DNA of 61,438 bases, counting the filler, from an uncultured bacterium (GTDB lineage: Bacteria > CAYJOG01), in NCBI GenBank assembly GCA_964371695.1. It is 4 parts of 4 records of this genome, joined end to end, with 100 filler letters (N's around TTAATTAATTAA, not from the genome) between each part and the next. Parts side by side here need not be neighbours in the genome. Positions count along the whole stretch, not along the records: positions 1 to 15,860 come from CAYJOG010000016.1; 3 more parts are not named here. One strand, given 5' to 3'. Positions within the stretch are counted from its first letter, which is position 1; every line of letters begins with the position of its first letter. The position numbers and the translations under genes are program-made. A model generated the notes under the pieces. That model saw nothing but the letters and a program-made list of their open reading frames with translations. It was not told the DNA's origin and did no database searches. Of this stretch, positions 1 through 9,286 are shown piece after piece.

Positions 1-3000
1 CGATTTCAGCACCACCGTTTTCACCCGGTCCATGGGGTCATAATCATAGGCAAACAAATTGCCGTTGGGGTCTATCGTGGTGAGCACCCGGTGGGCAGTG
101 TCATAGGTGAAATGGGTGGTGCGGGCCTCGGTTGTTCCCTCGGCTTCGGTCACGGTTTTCACATCGGCGGTGCCATCGAAATAGGTGTAACGGGTAATGT
201 GACCTGCCACATCCTTCACCGTTTCCAGCAAGCCCTTGTCGGTGTAGGTATAACTGATGGTGCGGTTTTCATCGCTCTGTGCCCCAGGGGCGGCAGGGCG
301 CTTGATGGTAGAAACCTGCCGGGTGGCGGTGTAGGTGTACTCGGTGATATTACTCCGGGCATCGGTCACAGACTTTACTAACCCCTTTTCTGTGCCCTGG
401 GTGTAATACTCGGTGAAGACCTGGATATTTCCGGGCAGGGTGGTGGTCATTTTTTTGAGGACCATCTTGTCCACGGCGTCTGTGATTGTTTCAAGGATGC
501 TGTTTAAATCATTAAAGCCCCCTGCATCATCGGCACTCATCACCATTTCATAGGCATAGGTGGTGGTGGTTTTTTCATCTCCCTCACCCACCGACATTTC
601 CGTCACCCGGTTTCTGGCGTCGTATTTGTATTCGGTGAGAACCCCGCCGGGGTCACGCCGCGTGAGCATGTTGTTGCGATCGTCATAGGTCATTTCTGTC
701 ACGCCAATGGGAGAAATCGTTTTGACAAGGTTGTAATCAGCGTCGTATTCAAACGAGGTCACCTTGTCAAGGTGGTCCGTCATGGTGAGCGGCTGGTTGT
801 TTTCGTTGTAGGTGTAGGTGGTGACACGATTTAACTCATCGGTGATGGTGAGTACGTTACCCTGACCGTCGTAGGTGTATTTAACCATGGAATCGTCTGG
901 TTGGGTGATCTCGGTGGGCAGCAGCAAGGTGGGATGCAACACTTCAGTGCGGCTGCGCTGCGCTTGGTCTTTGATGCTGACGGTGGGTATGGAAGGGGCA
1001 TTGGTTGAAGATGGCGGCACAGTGCCATAGGTATAAGACTCAGTGTGACCAAAGGGGGAAACGATGGTCTTTACCCGGCCTTCGGGCGTTACCTGACCAT
1101 TGCTCGTTTCATACTCAAAAGAGGTGGTATTGCCATTGGGGTCCGTTATCTCGGTGGGCAAATGCCCCAAGCGAGCATCATTCAAATATTTGCGTTTGGA
1201 ACCATCGGCATAATCTGCCCCTACCACCCGCTGGGTACCACCAACAAGCTCTTTAGCAGCGTTAAATTGTTCATCCCGCTGAAACTTAACCTGATTACCA
1301 TAGGGATCGATGGCGTGGGTGACGCGCCCCTGATCATCCCGCTGGTATTTCATGCCCCTATCCATGCCGGGCTTGGGAATCCTCACCAGCATCTCCGCCG
1401 GGTCGGGAGCCGGCGGAGGAGGCGGGGGAGGAGTATTTTGCGGCGGCGGTTGCTCAAACACAGGACGGTTAAAAAATTTCACATACTGCTTGCCGCTTTG
1501 CATCGTGGTGACCAAACGGAACAAATAAGACTGGCCGCCCTCTGTTGGGGTCACCCGATTGCCTGTAAAACGGCTTTTAAGATTCCAGACAAACGTGTTG
1601 TCATAACCTTTCAAATCCTCATCCCCCAGCACAGGCATGTGTCGAACCTCTTTCCAAACCACATTATCTTCTGCGTGAAACATCGGGTCGGAGGGATCTT
1701 TGTCCAACACCTGAAATTCCACGGAGACGACAGAAAAAGCCCCCCGTTTATCCTCAAAGTCATACTCCAGCAACATAAACTCCTGGCCATCCAGTGTCTC
1801 CACTTCCGTTTCCACGGTTTGACCACCCAAAATCTCGGCGTCAAACGCCCCCCCGAACAGCTCACCGGGACCAACGGGATAGGGCACTTTGTCGTTTAGC
1901 CCTTTGATGGTTTTCACCCTTCCTGAGTGGTCATAGGCCTTAAGCTGGAACTCATAGGCTCCTGGCTTTACCAGTTTGCCATCTGCACCCCGCCAATCCC
2001 ATTGAATAGGCACCGCTACCTGATCGCCCAGAATATCGCCATTCAAAATCTGCGCTTCGGTTACCGCTGATGGTGGAGGGGGCGTGATTTCGGGTGAGAC
2101 ATAAACTGGTGTGGATTCGCCTTTACGAAACACTTCTGCAATAAGTTTGTCGGTCTGCAAACTACTCACCAAGGCCTCTAAACTAGAAGCGTTGCCAACA
2201 GTGTGATTGCGGGCACACTCACCAGACAGGGGATTGATGCTGCCCAAGTCGTTCATATCCAGACACTTGCCAAATTGATAAAGGTCGTGGATAAGTGTAC
2301 CAACGGCCACGGCTTTCATGAAATCCGAAGAGGCAATTTTATCCACCTCCGCACACACCTCGGTTTGTTTTCCAAACGAACAAATGGTTTGAAGCGTTGT
2401 GAGGATGTCACGAATTTGATTTCCATACCCAAGTATTTGTTGCAGCAAGTTGTCATGTTCTTCTTTGGTTGTTCCAAGTTTCTTAATATCTTCCTTAAGT
2501 TTTAAGATATCGTTCTTCATGCTGCGCAGTTCCTGATTTTTTCTTCTAATGCTTGTGATGCTAAACTCCGCCCCTTCAAAAACACCAAGTATGGATTTGC
2601 TAAACCCAGCCAGAGTAACTAATAGTGCAGCTGTCTGAGTCCCATTCAGGCCACTTGTCAATTGGTCTGCAAACTGATTTACTTGGGCCTTAAGCTGGTC
2701 TTCAACAAGACCTGGATTCGCCATAAACTCTCTCGCACTATTCAAGGAACCGAACAGAAATGCTGCGTTTGAAAGCTTGTTTTTAATGGCTTCGCCATCT
2801 TGGCCGAGAGGAATATAGTTAACCACCGTCTCTAATTCTTTAAACAGATCTCTTGCCGCATGAAATGGTTGATTACCATTAAAAACATCATTAAAGCTTT
2901 GTTTAATCCCCGAAGCATGAGTTTCAAAGTTTTTTCCGAGACTAACAACACTTAGCACCTTATTTCCCCAATCCAAAGCTCTTGTTATACCAATGTAAGG

Positions 3001-6000
3001 ATTGTGCTCCACCCTGAAGCAGCGCTTTTCCGCGTGCAACACTCCATCGGGAGCCCCTGTTTTCCCTTGAACAATTATTCCATCAAAATCAATATTCGGA
3101 TCATTTAAGCCCCGGACATGAAGCTCTTGGAGCAAGTCCACAGAGCTTTCAACCTCTAATACTTCTCCCGTTTTTAGCACAACTTCAAACGGCCCGTTTA
3201 AGTGCTCATCTTTTTCAACCAACTCCTTTAAGTCAACCTGATATTTATTGGCATTTCCGGAAAACTCTGGATCTGCTGGCTCGCAAACCAATCGCGTGTT
3301 TGGTCTGATTACACCAACAGCCTTTAATAATGGGCACCCAATAGAGCATATCGTGCTTGCAATGTTGAAGTATTTGAATGTTGACAAGCCGACATCTATT
3401 TGATGAAGCGGGCCTTGGACACCTTCAGGAAGAGGTATGGTTTTGTTCGGTCTTAAAAAACTGTCCAAATTCCCAGCAAAATTAATAATTGGACACAATC
3501 CGTCACAATAAAATGCCAAAATCGGTCTCAAGATTTGTTTGTAAAGGAATTCGAGGATGTCGCCGATAACGGTCACAAAAGCAACGAGTGCCTGTACAAT
3601 GGCATCCACTAGCGACTTTAAAACATCGCCAACAAATTCAATAATGCCTCCAAGCGCTTTTTTGAACCACTTCTTGAGCTTCTTAAAAAACCCGTCGGAG
3701 GCAAACACGTCCAGTTCAGGTGAGAGTTCTTCATCCACGGTAAGCGCCTGTCCCTCATCCGCGCCATAATATTCCTGGAGGGGCGTGGCCAGGGTTTCCT
3801 CAGACAAGAATTTGCCTGCATTCATTCGCCCCCAGCCGAACTGTTTGTCGTTTCCTTTTTCGCCCAAGTCCTCGGCACTTTGATAAAGCATGGTGAGCAA
3901 TTGTTCTGGCGTGGCGTCATTCATCTTGGTGAGGAAATGCCCCACCGCGCCTGCTACCAATGCCGCCGCCGCAGAGGTGCCGGAAACGGACGCGAATTGC
4001 CCTCCCAGAGCGGTTGTGAGCAGGTTTACCCCCGGAGCTGTCATGTCCAGGAAATCCCCATAGTTCGAGAAGCTTGCAAGGGCGTCTTCGGTATCGGTGG
4101 CTCCCACCGCAATCACCTCTGGGAACGCCGCAGGATAAACCACTTTTTCCTGACCATCGTTCCCCGCTGAGGCCACCACCACCATGCCGCTTTGGCGGGC
4201 GTGGCGCACTGCCTCCCACAAAGCCAAGCTCGCAGCTGGGCCAGACACGCTCACCACAATCACCTTGGCTCTGCCATCCTGCACCACCCACTCAATGGCG
4301 CGGGCCAGATCACCACCACTGCCCCGGCCTTCTCCATCCAGCACCCTCACCGGCAATATCTTGCACCGGGGGCAAATGCCCGCCCCGCCCTGCGCGTTGT
4401 TGGGGGCCGCCGCGATCAACCCCGCCATCTGGGTGCCATGGCCAAAGACATCCTGGGCCGTTTGATCCTGTTCAATAAAGTCTGGGCCATCCAACACCCG
4501 GCCCTGGAGTTCGGGGTGAGTGGCGTCCACGCCAGAATCCAACATGGCAACCACCACTTCGTGCTCATAAGGACCATTTTGCGCCCACACTTGGTTGTAG
4601 CCCGTTTTGGCATAGGCCCATTGATCATTAAGCCGAGGATCGTTAGGTGCCGCAGCCGTGACTTGTTCTGTGCTGGCCTTGGCGAGGAAATTCAGTTCCA
4701 CCGCCGCAAACAGTTTTTCTTTTTGCAAGGCCTCCGCAGCCTCCAGCAGGTTTTTGCCCTTGGGTAACAAAACCACCACCGATTGCTGGCCTGCGGACGG
4801 CCCACGGGTGAGCCCATGCCGCTTGAGCATGGCATCCACCGCGCTCAAATCCGCCTGAGGAGCCAGTGTCACCAACAATTCGTCGCTCATCACCTCGGCC
4901 TGTTCTGGTACATGGGCCAGAGGGTTTAGCCAATGCGCCTCCACCATGTCGCTGGCTCGGAGTTTTTTGTCCGCCAGGGACAAATCGGCCCCGCTGCCGG
5001 CCTTGATGTAGAGAAGACCTTCACGGCTCAACCCCGGTACCACCACCAGACGAAGCTCGGTGAGCAGGCCCTTCAGGGCGCTGGCGGTGACGCCCTCTTT
5101 CAGTTTGATCACCAGATCGTGGCTTGCGGAATAGTTCTTCAGCAGGTCCGACAGCGTGGCCTTGGGGCGATCCTGCCAGTCACGCCCTCGAGACACCTGC
5201 ACAACCGCCTGTTCTTCCTGTTTTTGTTGTTGCGCCCGCACCTGGTTTTCACGCCGTAGCTGGCCCAGGTCGAGCCACAACAACCCTTTGGACCCAATAG
5301 CGACGGCACGCTCTCCTTCCAGAGGCAACACGCCATACATTGGGCTATAGGCCAAAACACCTTTGGCGCCACTCCTCTTGTCCACCCAGGCAAGGCCATT
5401 GCCAGCCGTCAGGCGCAACTCTCCCGTGACCAACAGACCATCGGGCCTTTCCAATGGGAAGGGAAACCCCTGTTCCGGCTTGCTTTCTCCTTGCTTCAAT
5501 TTCACCACAACGCCCAGGTTTTTATCCACCACGGCAGTTTGTGTTTCCCCCATCAGGTGCAAGTGACTGGACGTGGCGCTGAGGCCTTCCAAAAACTCCT
5601 GCCCCACCGTGTCCCCCAACTTGGACGGCTCCCACTGGCGGATTTTCTCGTTGTGCGCCAACAGAAACTTTTTGCCCGCCATGTGGTCGTAACCCACCAG
5701 CCAGGCTTTGTTTTGAAACACCGTCAGGCCATGCACCCTGATAACTGCAAGGCCCTCCTCTTTACCGAACCCTTTGAACTGCAGCGTCTTAAGATCCACG
5801 GCATAAGCCGGTTGCAGCTTTTGCACAAAGTTTTCGGGATGCGCCTGGATAATTTTTTGTTTTTCCTCGGGCAATGGTTCGTCGGGATTGATGGGCTGCT
5901 CAAAGCGTTTGGCTAACCCCAACCACAAGCGGCCCCCCTGCAGGGCAGCGGCGGAAATAAACGCATCAAACATGCGGCCCTTTTTAAAATGCCCCAAGCC

Positions 6001-7473
6001 CAGACGACGCACCCGTTTCAGGTTTTTGTCGAAAAACCGTACTTCGTTTTGCAACACCACAATCCCTTGAGTGGGCGTGGCCAACAGCGCCACGGGTTTG
6101 ATGGCTGCATCTGCACTGCTGGAATAATTCTCCAGCAGTTTCACCGTTCCTGTTTTGAGTGACAACGCGCTCAGGCGGTCACTTCGCAACACCAGCAGTT
6201 GATCCCCCAATTTGGCTACACCGATAGCGAATCGCATGGCGGGGTGCTGCGGCAAGTCCGTGACGGTGGGCGCAACCCATGCCGTGCAACCCGCCGCACC
6301 CACCCCACAACGCCACACCCCGGTACCGGAGCTGACCAGATATTGCCCCTGCGCCAATGGCAGCACGTCATGCACGTTGACCGTGGGCAGGACTCCCGCC
6401 ATGAAAAGAGGGGCAATCCCCAATCCCTGGGGCTCCGCCGTCACCGCCAACACACCCGCCGCCGCTGTGGCAACCAACAATTCCTTCTGAGATTTATACA
6501 CGGCATGAATCCGGCCCACAGCACTCACCACGGGCTTTTGGCCGGGATAGGACACGGGGTCCGCGGCCAATGCCTGCCAAGTCTTTTTCTTCAGGTCATA
6601 GGCAAACAGGCCGTCCTCATAAACCAGCACCAAACGCCCTTGCCATAACAACAGTTTTTGCAGGTTTGAGACAACGGGTTTTTCAAACGGCGTGAGGTTG
6701 TTTTTGCTTTTAACTGTCACCGTTTTTTTCGCCGGGTCTATTTTTAGATCAAGTTGCAGTACAAGCTTTTGACCCGAGAACCACACCCGCTCCATCTGGC
6801 CAGCAATCAACATGTCGTTGATGACCAGATCCTTGTGTTTTTCAAACTCCGGCAGCGGCAGGCTTTTGAAGTTTTCACCGCTGGTGCTCACCAACCGCAG
6901 TCCTTTGTTGGTGTTCACCAACACCAAACCATAACGCTCCACAAAGGCGCGAATGGTCTCCCCACCGGGAAATTGCAGGGGAATGGGTTTCCAGCGATTT
7001 TCATACGCGTCAAAGCCAGTGAGCTTTTGGCCTTTGTCCATGACAACCAGACGGCTACCCAAGGTAAAGGTCTGGATTTCTCCGTTCAGGGCCAGATCCT
7101 TGAGGGAATAAACTCTGGCCTGCACCGGTCTGGCCTTGGGCACGATCCACACGCCCTCGGCCCCCACGCCATACACGTTCAACCGGTCAGACACCATGCC
7201 CAGCGGCTTGCCCACCAAGGGAAAGGTTTTCTCCAAACGGGCGACTTTGCCACTTTTGACATACATTTGCAGGTTCGCACCCCGCAACACCCACAGGCGG
7301 TCGCCATGGGTTTCCAACGTGGCGCTGGGATGGGTGAGGTTAATGTGTTGCGGCGGCATGGCGGCAGATGCCCCTCGTCCGCAGCAGACCAACAGCACGG
7401 CCAAAACCTGCGGCCAAAAGGTTTTGGGCCAACGCACCGGAGATATGAAGGAGTGAAAGGGGGGCATGGTCAT
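1..7473 (-). CDS. Giant secreted multidomain protein (>=2491 aa, 3' end outside window): signal peptide, beta-propeller-like region, two I9-like prodomains, S8 subtilase, helical low-GC domain, FlgD-type Ig domains, Pro linker, YD/RHS repeats
   Basis: Translated by hand from ATG at 7473 (MTMPPFHSFISPVRWPKTFWPQVLAVLLVCCGRGASAA). No stop was seen in the segments translated, and the ORF track lists no stop-terminated ORF from this start. S8 motifs: PNDPRLNDQW (~4647), VAMLDSG (Asp 4537-4539), HGTQMAG (His 4438-4440), ASAGN, GTSAAA (Ser 3973-3975). YD repeats such as YTYDGQGNVLTITDELNRVTTYTYNENN and YKYDARNRV run from ~1340 to 1. Confidence 0.9.
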   Translation of the reverse strand, partial: MTMPPFHSFISPVRWPKTFWPQVLAVLLVCCGRGASAAMPPQHINLTHPSATLETHGDRLWVLRGANLQMYVKSGKVARLEKTFPLVGKPLGMVSDRLNVYGVGAEGVWIVPKARPVQARVYSLKDLALNGEIQTFTLGSRLVVMDKGQKLTGFDAYENRWKPIPLQFPGGETIRAFVERYGLVLVNTNKGLRLVSTSGENFKSLPLPEFEKHKDLVINDMLIAGQMERVWFSGQKLVLQLDLKIDPAKKTVTVKSKNNLTPFEKPVVSNLQKLLLWQGRLVLVYEDGLFAYDLKKKTWQALAADPVSYPGQKPVVSAVGRIHAVYKSQKELLVATAAAGVLAVTAEPQGLGIAPLFMAGVLPTVNVHDVLPLAQGQYLVSSGTGVWRCGVGAAGCTAWVAPTVTDLPQHPAMRFAIGVAKLGDQLLVLRSDRLSALSLKTGTVKLLENYSSSADAAIKPVALLATPTQGIVVLQNEVRFFDKNLKRVRRLGLGHFKKGRMFDAFISAAALQGGRLWLGLAKRFEQPINPDEPLPEEKQKIIQAHPENFVQKLQPAYAVDLKTLQFKGFGKEEGLAVIRVHGLTVFQNKAWLVGYDHMAGKKFLLAHNEKIRQWEPSKLGDTVGQEFLEGLSATSSHLHLMGETQTAVVDKNLGVVVKLKQGESKPEQGFPFPLERPDGLLVTGELRLTAGNGLAWVDKRSGAKGVLAYSPMYGVLPLEGERAVAIGSKGLLWLDLGQLRRENQVRAQQQKQEEQAVVQVSRGRDWQDRPKATLSDLLKNYSASHDLVIKLKEGVTASALKGLLTELRLVVVPGLSREGLLYIKAGSGADLSLADKKLRASDMVEAHWLNPLAHVPEQAEVMSDELLVTLAPQADLSAVDAMLKRHGLTRGPSAGQQSVVVLLPKGKNLLEAAEALQKEKLFAAVELNFLAKASTEQVTAAAPNDPRLNDQWAYAKTGYNQVWAQNGPYEHEVVVAMLDSGVDATHPELQGRVLDGPDFIEQDQTAQDVFGHGTQMAGLIAAAPNNAQGGAGICPRCKILPVRVLDGEGRGSGGDLARAIEWVVQDGRAKVIVVSVSGPAASLALWEAVRHARQSGMVVVASAGNDGQEKVVYPAAFPEVIAVGATDTEDALASFSNYGDFLDMTAPGVNLLTTALGGQFASVSGTSAAAALVAGAVGHFLTKMNDATPEQLLTMLYQSAEDLGEKGNDKQFGWGRMNAGKFLSEETLATPLQEYYGADEGQALTVDEELSPELDVFASDGFFKKLKKWFKKALGGIIEFVGDVLKSLVDAIVQALVAFVTVIGDILEFLYKQILRPILAFYCDGLCPIINFAGNLDSFLRPNKTIPLPEGVQGPLHQIDVGLSTFKYFNIASTICSIGCPLLKAVGVIRPNTRLVCEPADPEFSGNANKYQVDLKELVEKDEHLNGPFEVVLKTGEVLEVESSVDLLQELHVRGLNDPNIDFDGIIVQGKTGAPDGVLHAEKRCFRVEHNPYIGITRALDWGNKVLSVVSLGKNFETHASGIKQSFNDVFNGNQPFHAARDLFKELETVVNYIPLGQDGEAIKNKLSNAAFLFGSLNSAREFMANPGLVEDQLKAQVNQFADQLTSGLNGTQTAALLVTLAGFSKSILGVFEGAEFSITSIRRKNQELRSMKNDILKLKEDIKKLGTTKEEHDNLLQQILGYGNQIRDILTTLQTICSFGKQTEVCAEVDKIASSDFMKAVAVGTLIHDLYQFGKCLDMNDLGSINPLSGECARNHTVGNASSLEALVSSLQTDKLIAEVFRKGESTPVYVSPEITPPPPSAVTEAQILNGDILGDQVAVPIQWDWRGADGKLVKPGAYEFQLKAYDHSGRVKTIKGLNDKVPYPVGPGELFGGAFDAEILGGQTVETEVETLDGQEFMLLEYDFEDKRGAFSVVSVEFQVLDKDPSDPMFHAEDNVVWKEVRHMPVLGDEDLKGYDNTFVWNLKSRFTGNRVTPTEGGQSYLFRLVTTMQSGKQYVKFFNRPVFEQPPPQNTPPPPPPPAPDPAEMLVRIPKPGMDRGMKYQRDDQGRVTHAIDPYGNQVKFQRDEQFNAAKELVGGTQRVVGADYADGSKRKYLNDARLGHLPTEITDPNGNTTSFEYETSNGQVTPEGRVKTIVSPFGHTESYTYGTVPPSSTNAPSIPTVSIKDQAQRSRTEVLHPTLLLPTEITQPDDSMVKYTYDGQGNVLTITDELNRVTTYTYNENNQPLTMTDHLDKVTSFEYDADYNLVKTISPIGVTEMTYDDRNNMLTRRDPGGVLTEYKYDARNRVTEMSVGEGDEKTTTTYAYEMVMSADDAGGFNDLNSILETITDAVDKMVLKKMTTTLPGNIQVFTEYYTQGTEKGLVKSVTDARSNITEYTYTATRQVSTIKRPAAPGAQSDENRTISYTYTDKGLLETVKDVAGHITRYTYFDGTADVKTVTEAEGTTEARTTHFTYDTAHRVLTTIDPNGNLFAYDYDPMDRVKTVVLKS

Positions 7474-7474
7474 G

Positions 7475-9286
7475 TCAGTTGCGCACCAGACAGAAGGGGT
7501 TTTTGTAAACAACGAAATATTCCTTGCTCAGATCATCCACCCAGGCCGTGACGGCGCCCGCGTTGCGCTGCGCCTCCACGTGGTTGACTTCCACCGGAGG
7601 GTTGCCTGCGGCAAAAACGTGTAAGCCCAAAGTGGGGCTGGGGGGATTGGGGGAGTTGTAAAAAGCGTTGTGGAAGGGCGTAAGGCTTTGGTAGTCGTAA
7701 TACAAGCCGATTTTGTGAGTGGGAACTGGGGATTCCTCAATCACCTCGAACGTTTGTGTGATGGGTTCGCTGGTGCCCCCGGTGACGCCGGTGGCCCTGA
7801 ACTGCACCGTGTGCTGCCCCACGGCCAAGCCGCTGAGCGTGATGGAAAACTTGGCGCTGGTGTGCGTGAACTCTCCTTCGCATTTGTTTACCATAATCCA
7901 ATTAATACTGTTATCCAGCTTGTATTCCAATGATTGCACCGCGTCATCCGCTTCTCCATTGATCGTCCCTTCAAATTCGGCAAATCTGGCGGATATGACA
8001 CCCCCGCCTGTCATGATGGGAGAACGCGTGAAGTTGATTGAAGGAGGCAGCGGATTGATTTTAAATCGGATCACTTTATCGTCGCATCCAATTAATAAAT
8101 AGCTATTTTCGGGATCGTACAATATTTTTTGGCGCCGTGGGGGGACGCCGTTATACACATAGCTGGATGCTTCTCCATTGGGGTGAAACCACCTTGCATC
8201 CCCATTGTTCGCACACTCTGGTATTTCTCCAAGAATAGAAACAGAATAGTCAGCGATGTTCGCCTTAAACACCTTTCTGTTTTTTGAGACCCCAAAAACG
8301 AATCCCTCTTCAGGACTATATGTAAAAGCGAATCTGCGATCGAGGTCGAGTTCCACAGGAGAGAACCTTTTTACTAAAGCCAGTGTTTTTCTATTGTAAA
8401 CATCAATGGAAGCCGGTGCTGGAGGGTCAAACCCATTGGCGTCCACTGAAATCCAAACCGTCTCAGTTTCCGGAACATTGACAATGGTCAATAAATCTGC
8501 CTCGTGGGGATATTGAAGGTCTCCAGCGGCATCGTTACTTCTAGCCGGAGAGCACGAGTCAACATTTATTATGTTGACATATGAGAATGCTGCTCCAGGT
8601 GGTTCCCAAGGAACCCAAACTGTGTTGACGCCACCATAATAATTTTCCTCCGGGTTTGTTGTCTGATAAAAAGAATCTGGAATAAACACAGGGTCAGCCG
8701 CATTTCTGATTTCGAAGTTAGGGAACGCTGCAGGCCATCCCGTATCGCAAATCGGCGCAAGGAGAGAAGAAGAATCCTTAAAAAATATGCCATGCATCGG
8801 AGACCCGCCAAACCTCCGTGCCCCATGAATAATTTTATTAATCGCAGATGGAGACTCTGCGATTCCAAACACATGGGAATATGGATAAGAATGGGGACCA
8901 AGAACCCCGGAAAGACTGGATGAGTTTAAAACTAAAAAAGTGTTCGGGTAGTTCAGAAGTAAAATATCATCACCGTCGTCGGAAAGCACGTTATAGCGTA
9001 TTGAAATATTACCCTGCATACTTGGAAATGGTCTTGTGTCAAAAACGGTGTCTCCCGTTCCGGCGTCAACTCTTCTTATTTTCTGATGGCATTTGACATA
9101 ATAGGCGTCTCCACTAATACCAAACAGATACCCTGGGCGTTCATCTGGCGCGCAGATCGGAAGCTCGACGATATCAAACGGCCCCGCCTTGGCGCTGGCT
9201 GTCAGGAACAACAGAGCAACAACCGTGATTTGAATGAATGTTCTGGTGACCCGCCACCAATGCTTTTGGTTTTTAGCCTTTTTCAT
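7475..9286 (-). CDS. Secreted beta-propeller-like protein with C-terminal Ig-like domain (~603 aa)
   Basis: ORF with signal peptide (MKKAKNQKHWWR...ALLFLTASAKA), beta-rich repeats and an Ig-like LAVGQHTVQFRATG segment. ATG at 9286 overlaps the upstream TGA, and the stop lies 1 nt before the next ATG. Confidence 0.75.
   Translation of the reverse strand: MKKAKNQKHWWRVTRTFIQITVVALLFLTASAKAGPFDIVELPICAPDERPGYLFGISGDAYYVKCHQKIRRVDAGTGDTVFDTRPFPSMQGNISIRYNVLSDDGDDILLLNYPNTFLVLNSSSLSGVLGPHSYPYSHVFGIAESPSAINKIIHGARRFGGSPMHGIFFKDSSSLLAPICDTGWPAAFPNFEIRNAADPVFIPDSFYQTTNPEENYYGGVNTVWVPWEPPGAAFSYVNIINVDSCSPARSNDAAGDLQYPHEADLLTIVNVPETETVWISVDANGFDPPAPASIDVYNRKTLALVKRFSPVELDLDRRFAFTYSPEEGFVFGVSKNRKVFKANIADYSVSILGEIPECANNGDARWFHPNGEASSYVYNGVPPRRQKILYDPENSYLLIGCDDKVIRFKINPLPPSINFTRSPIMTGGGVISARFAEFEGTINGEADDAVQSLEYKLDNSINWIMVNKCEGEFTHTSAKFSITLSGLAVGQHTVQFRATGVTGGTSEPITQTFEVIEESPVPTHKIGLYYDYQSLTPFHNAFYNSPNPPSPTLGLHVFAAGNPPVEVNHVEAQRNAGAVTAWVDDLSKEYFVVYKNPFCLVRN

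Noticed and set aside
91-7551. Many plus-strand ORFs, such as 1045-1899 and 6754-7551
   Set aside because: Antisense shadows of the giant minus-strand gene, with no recognisable motifs.
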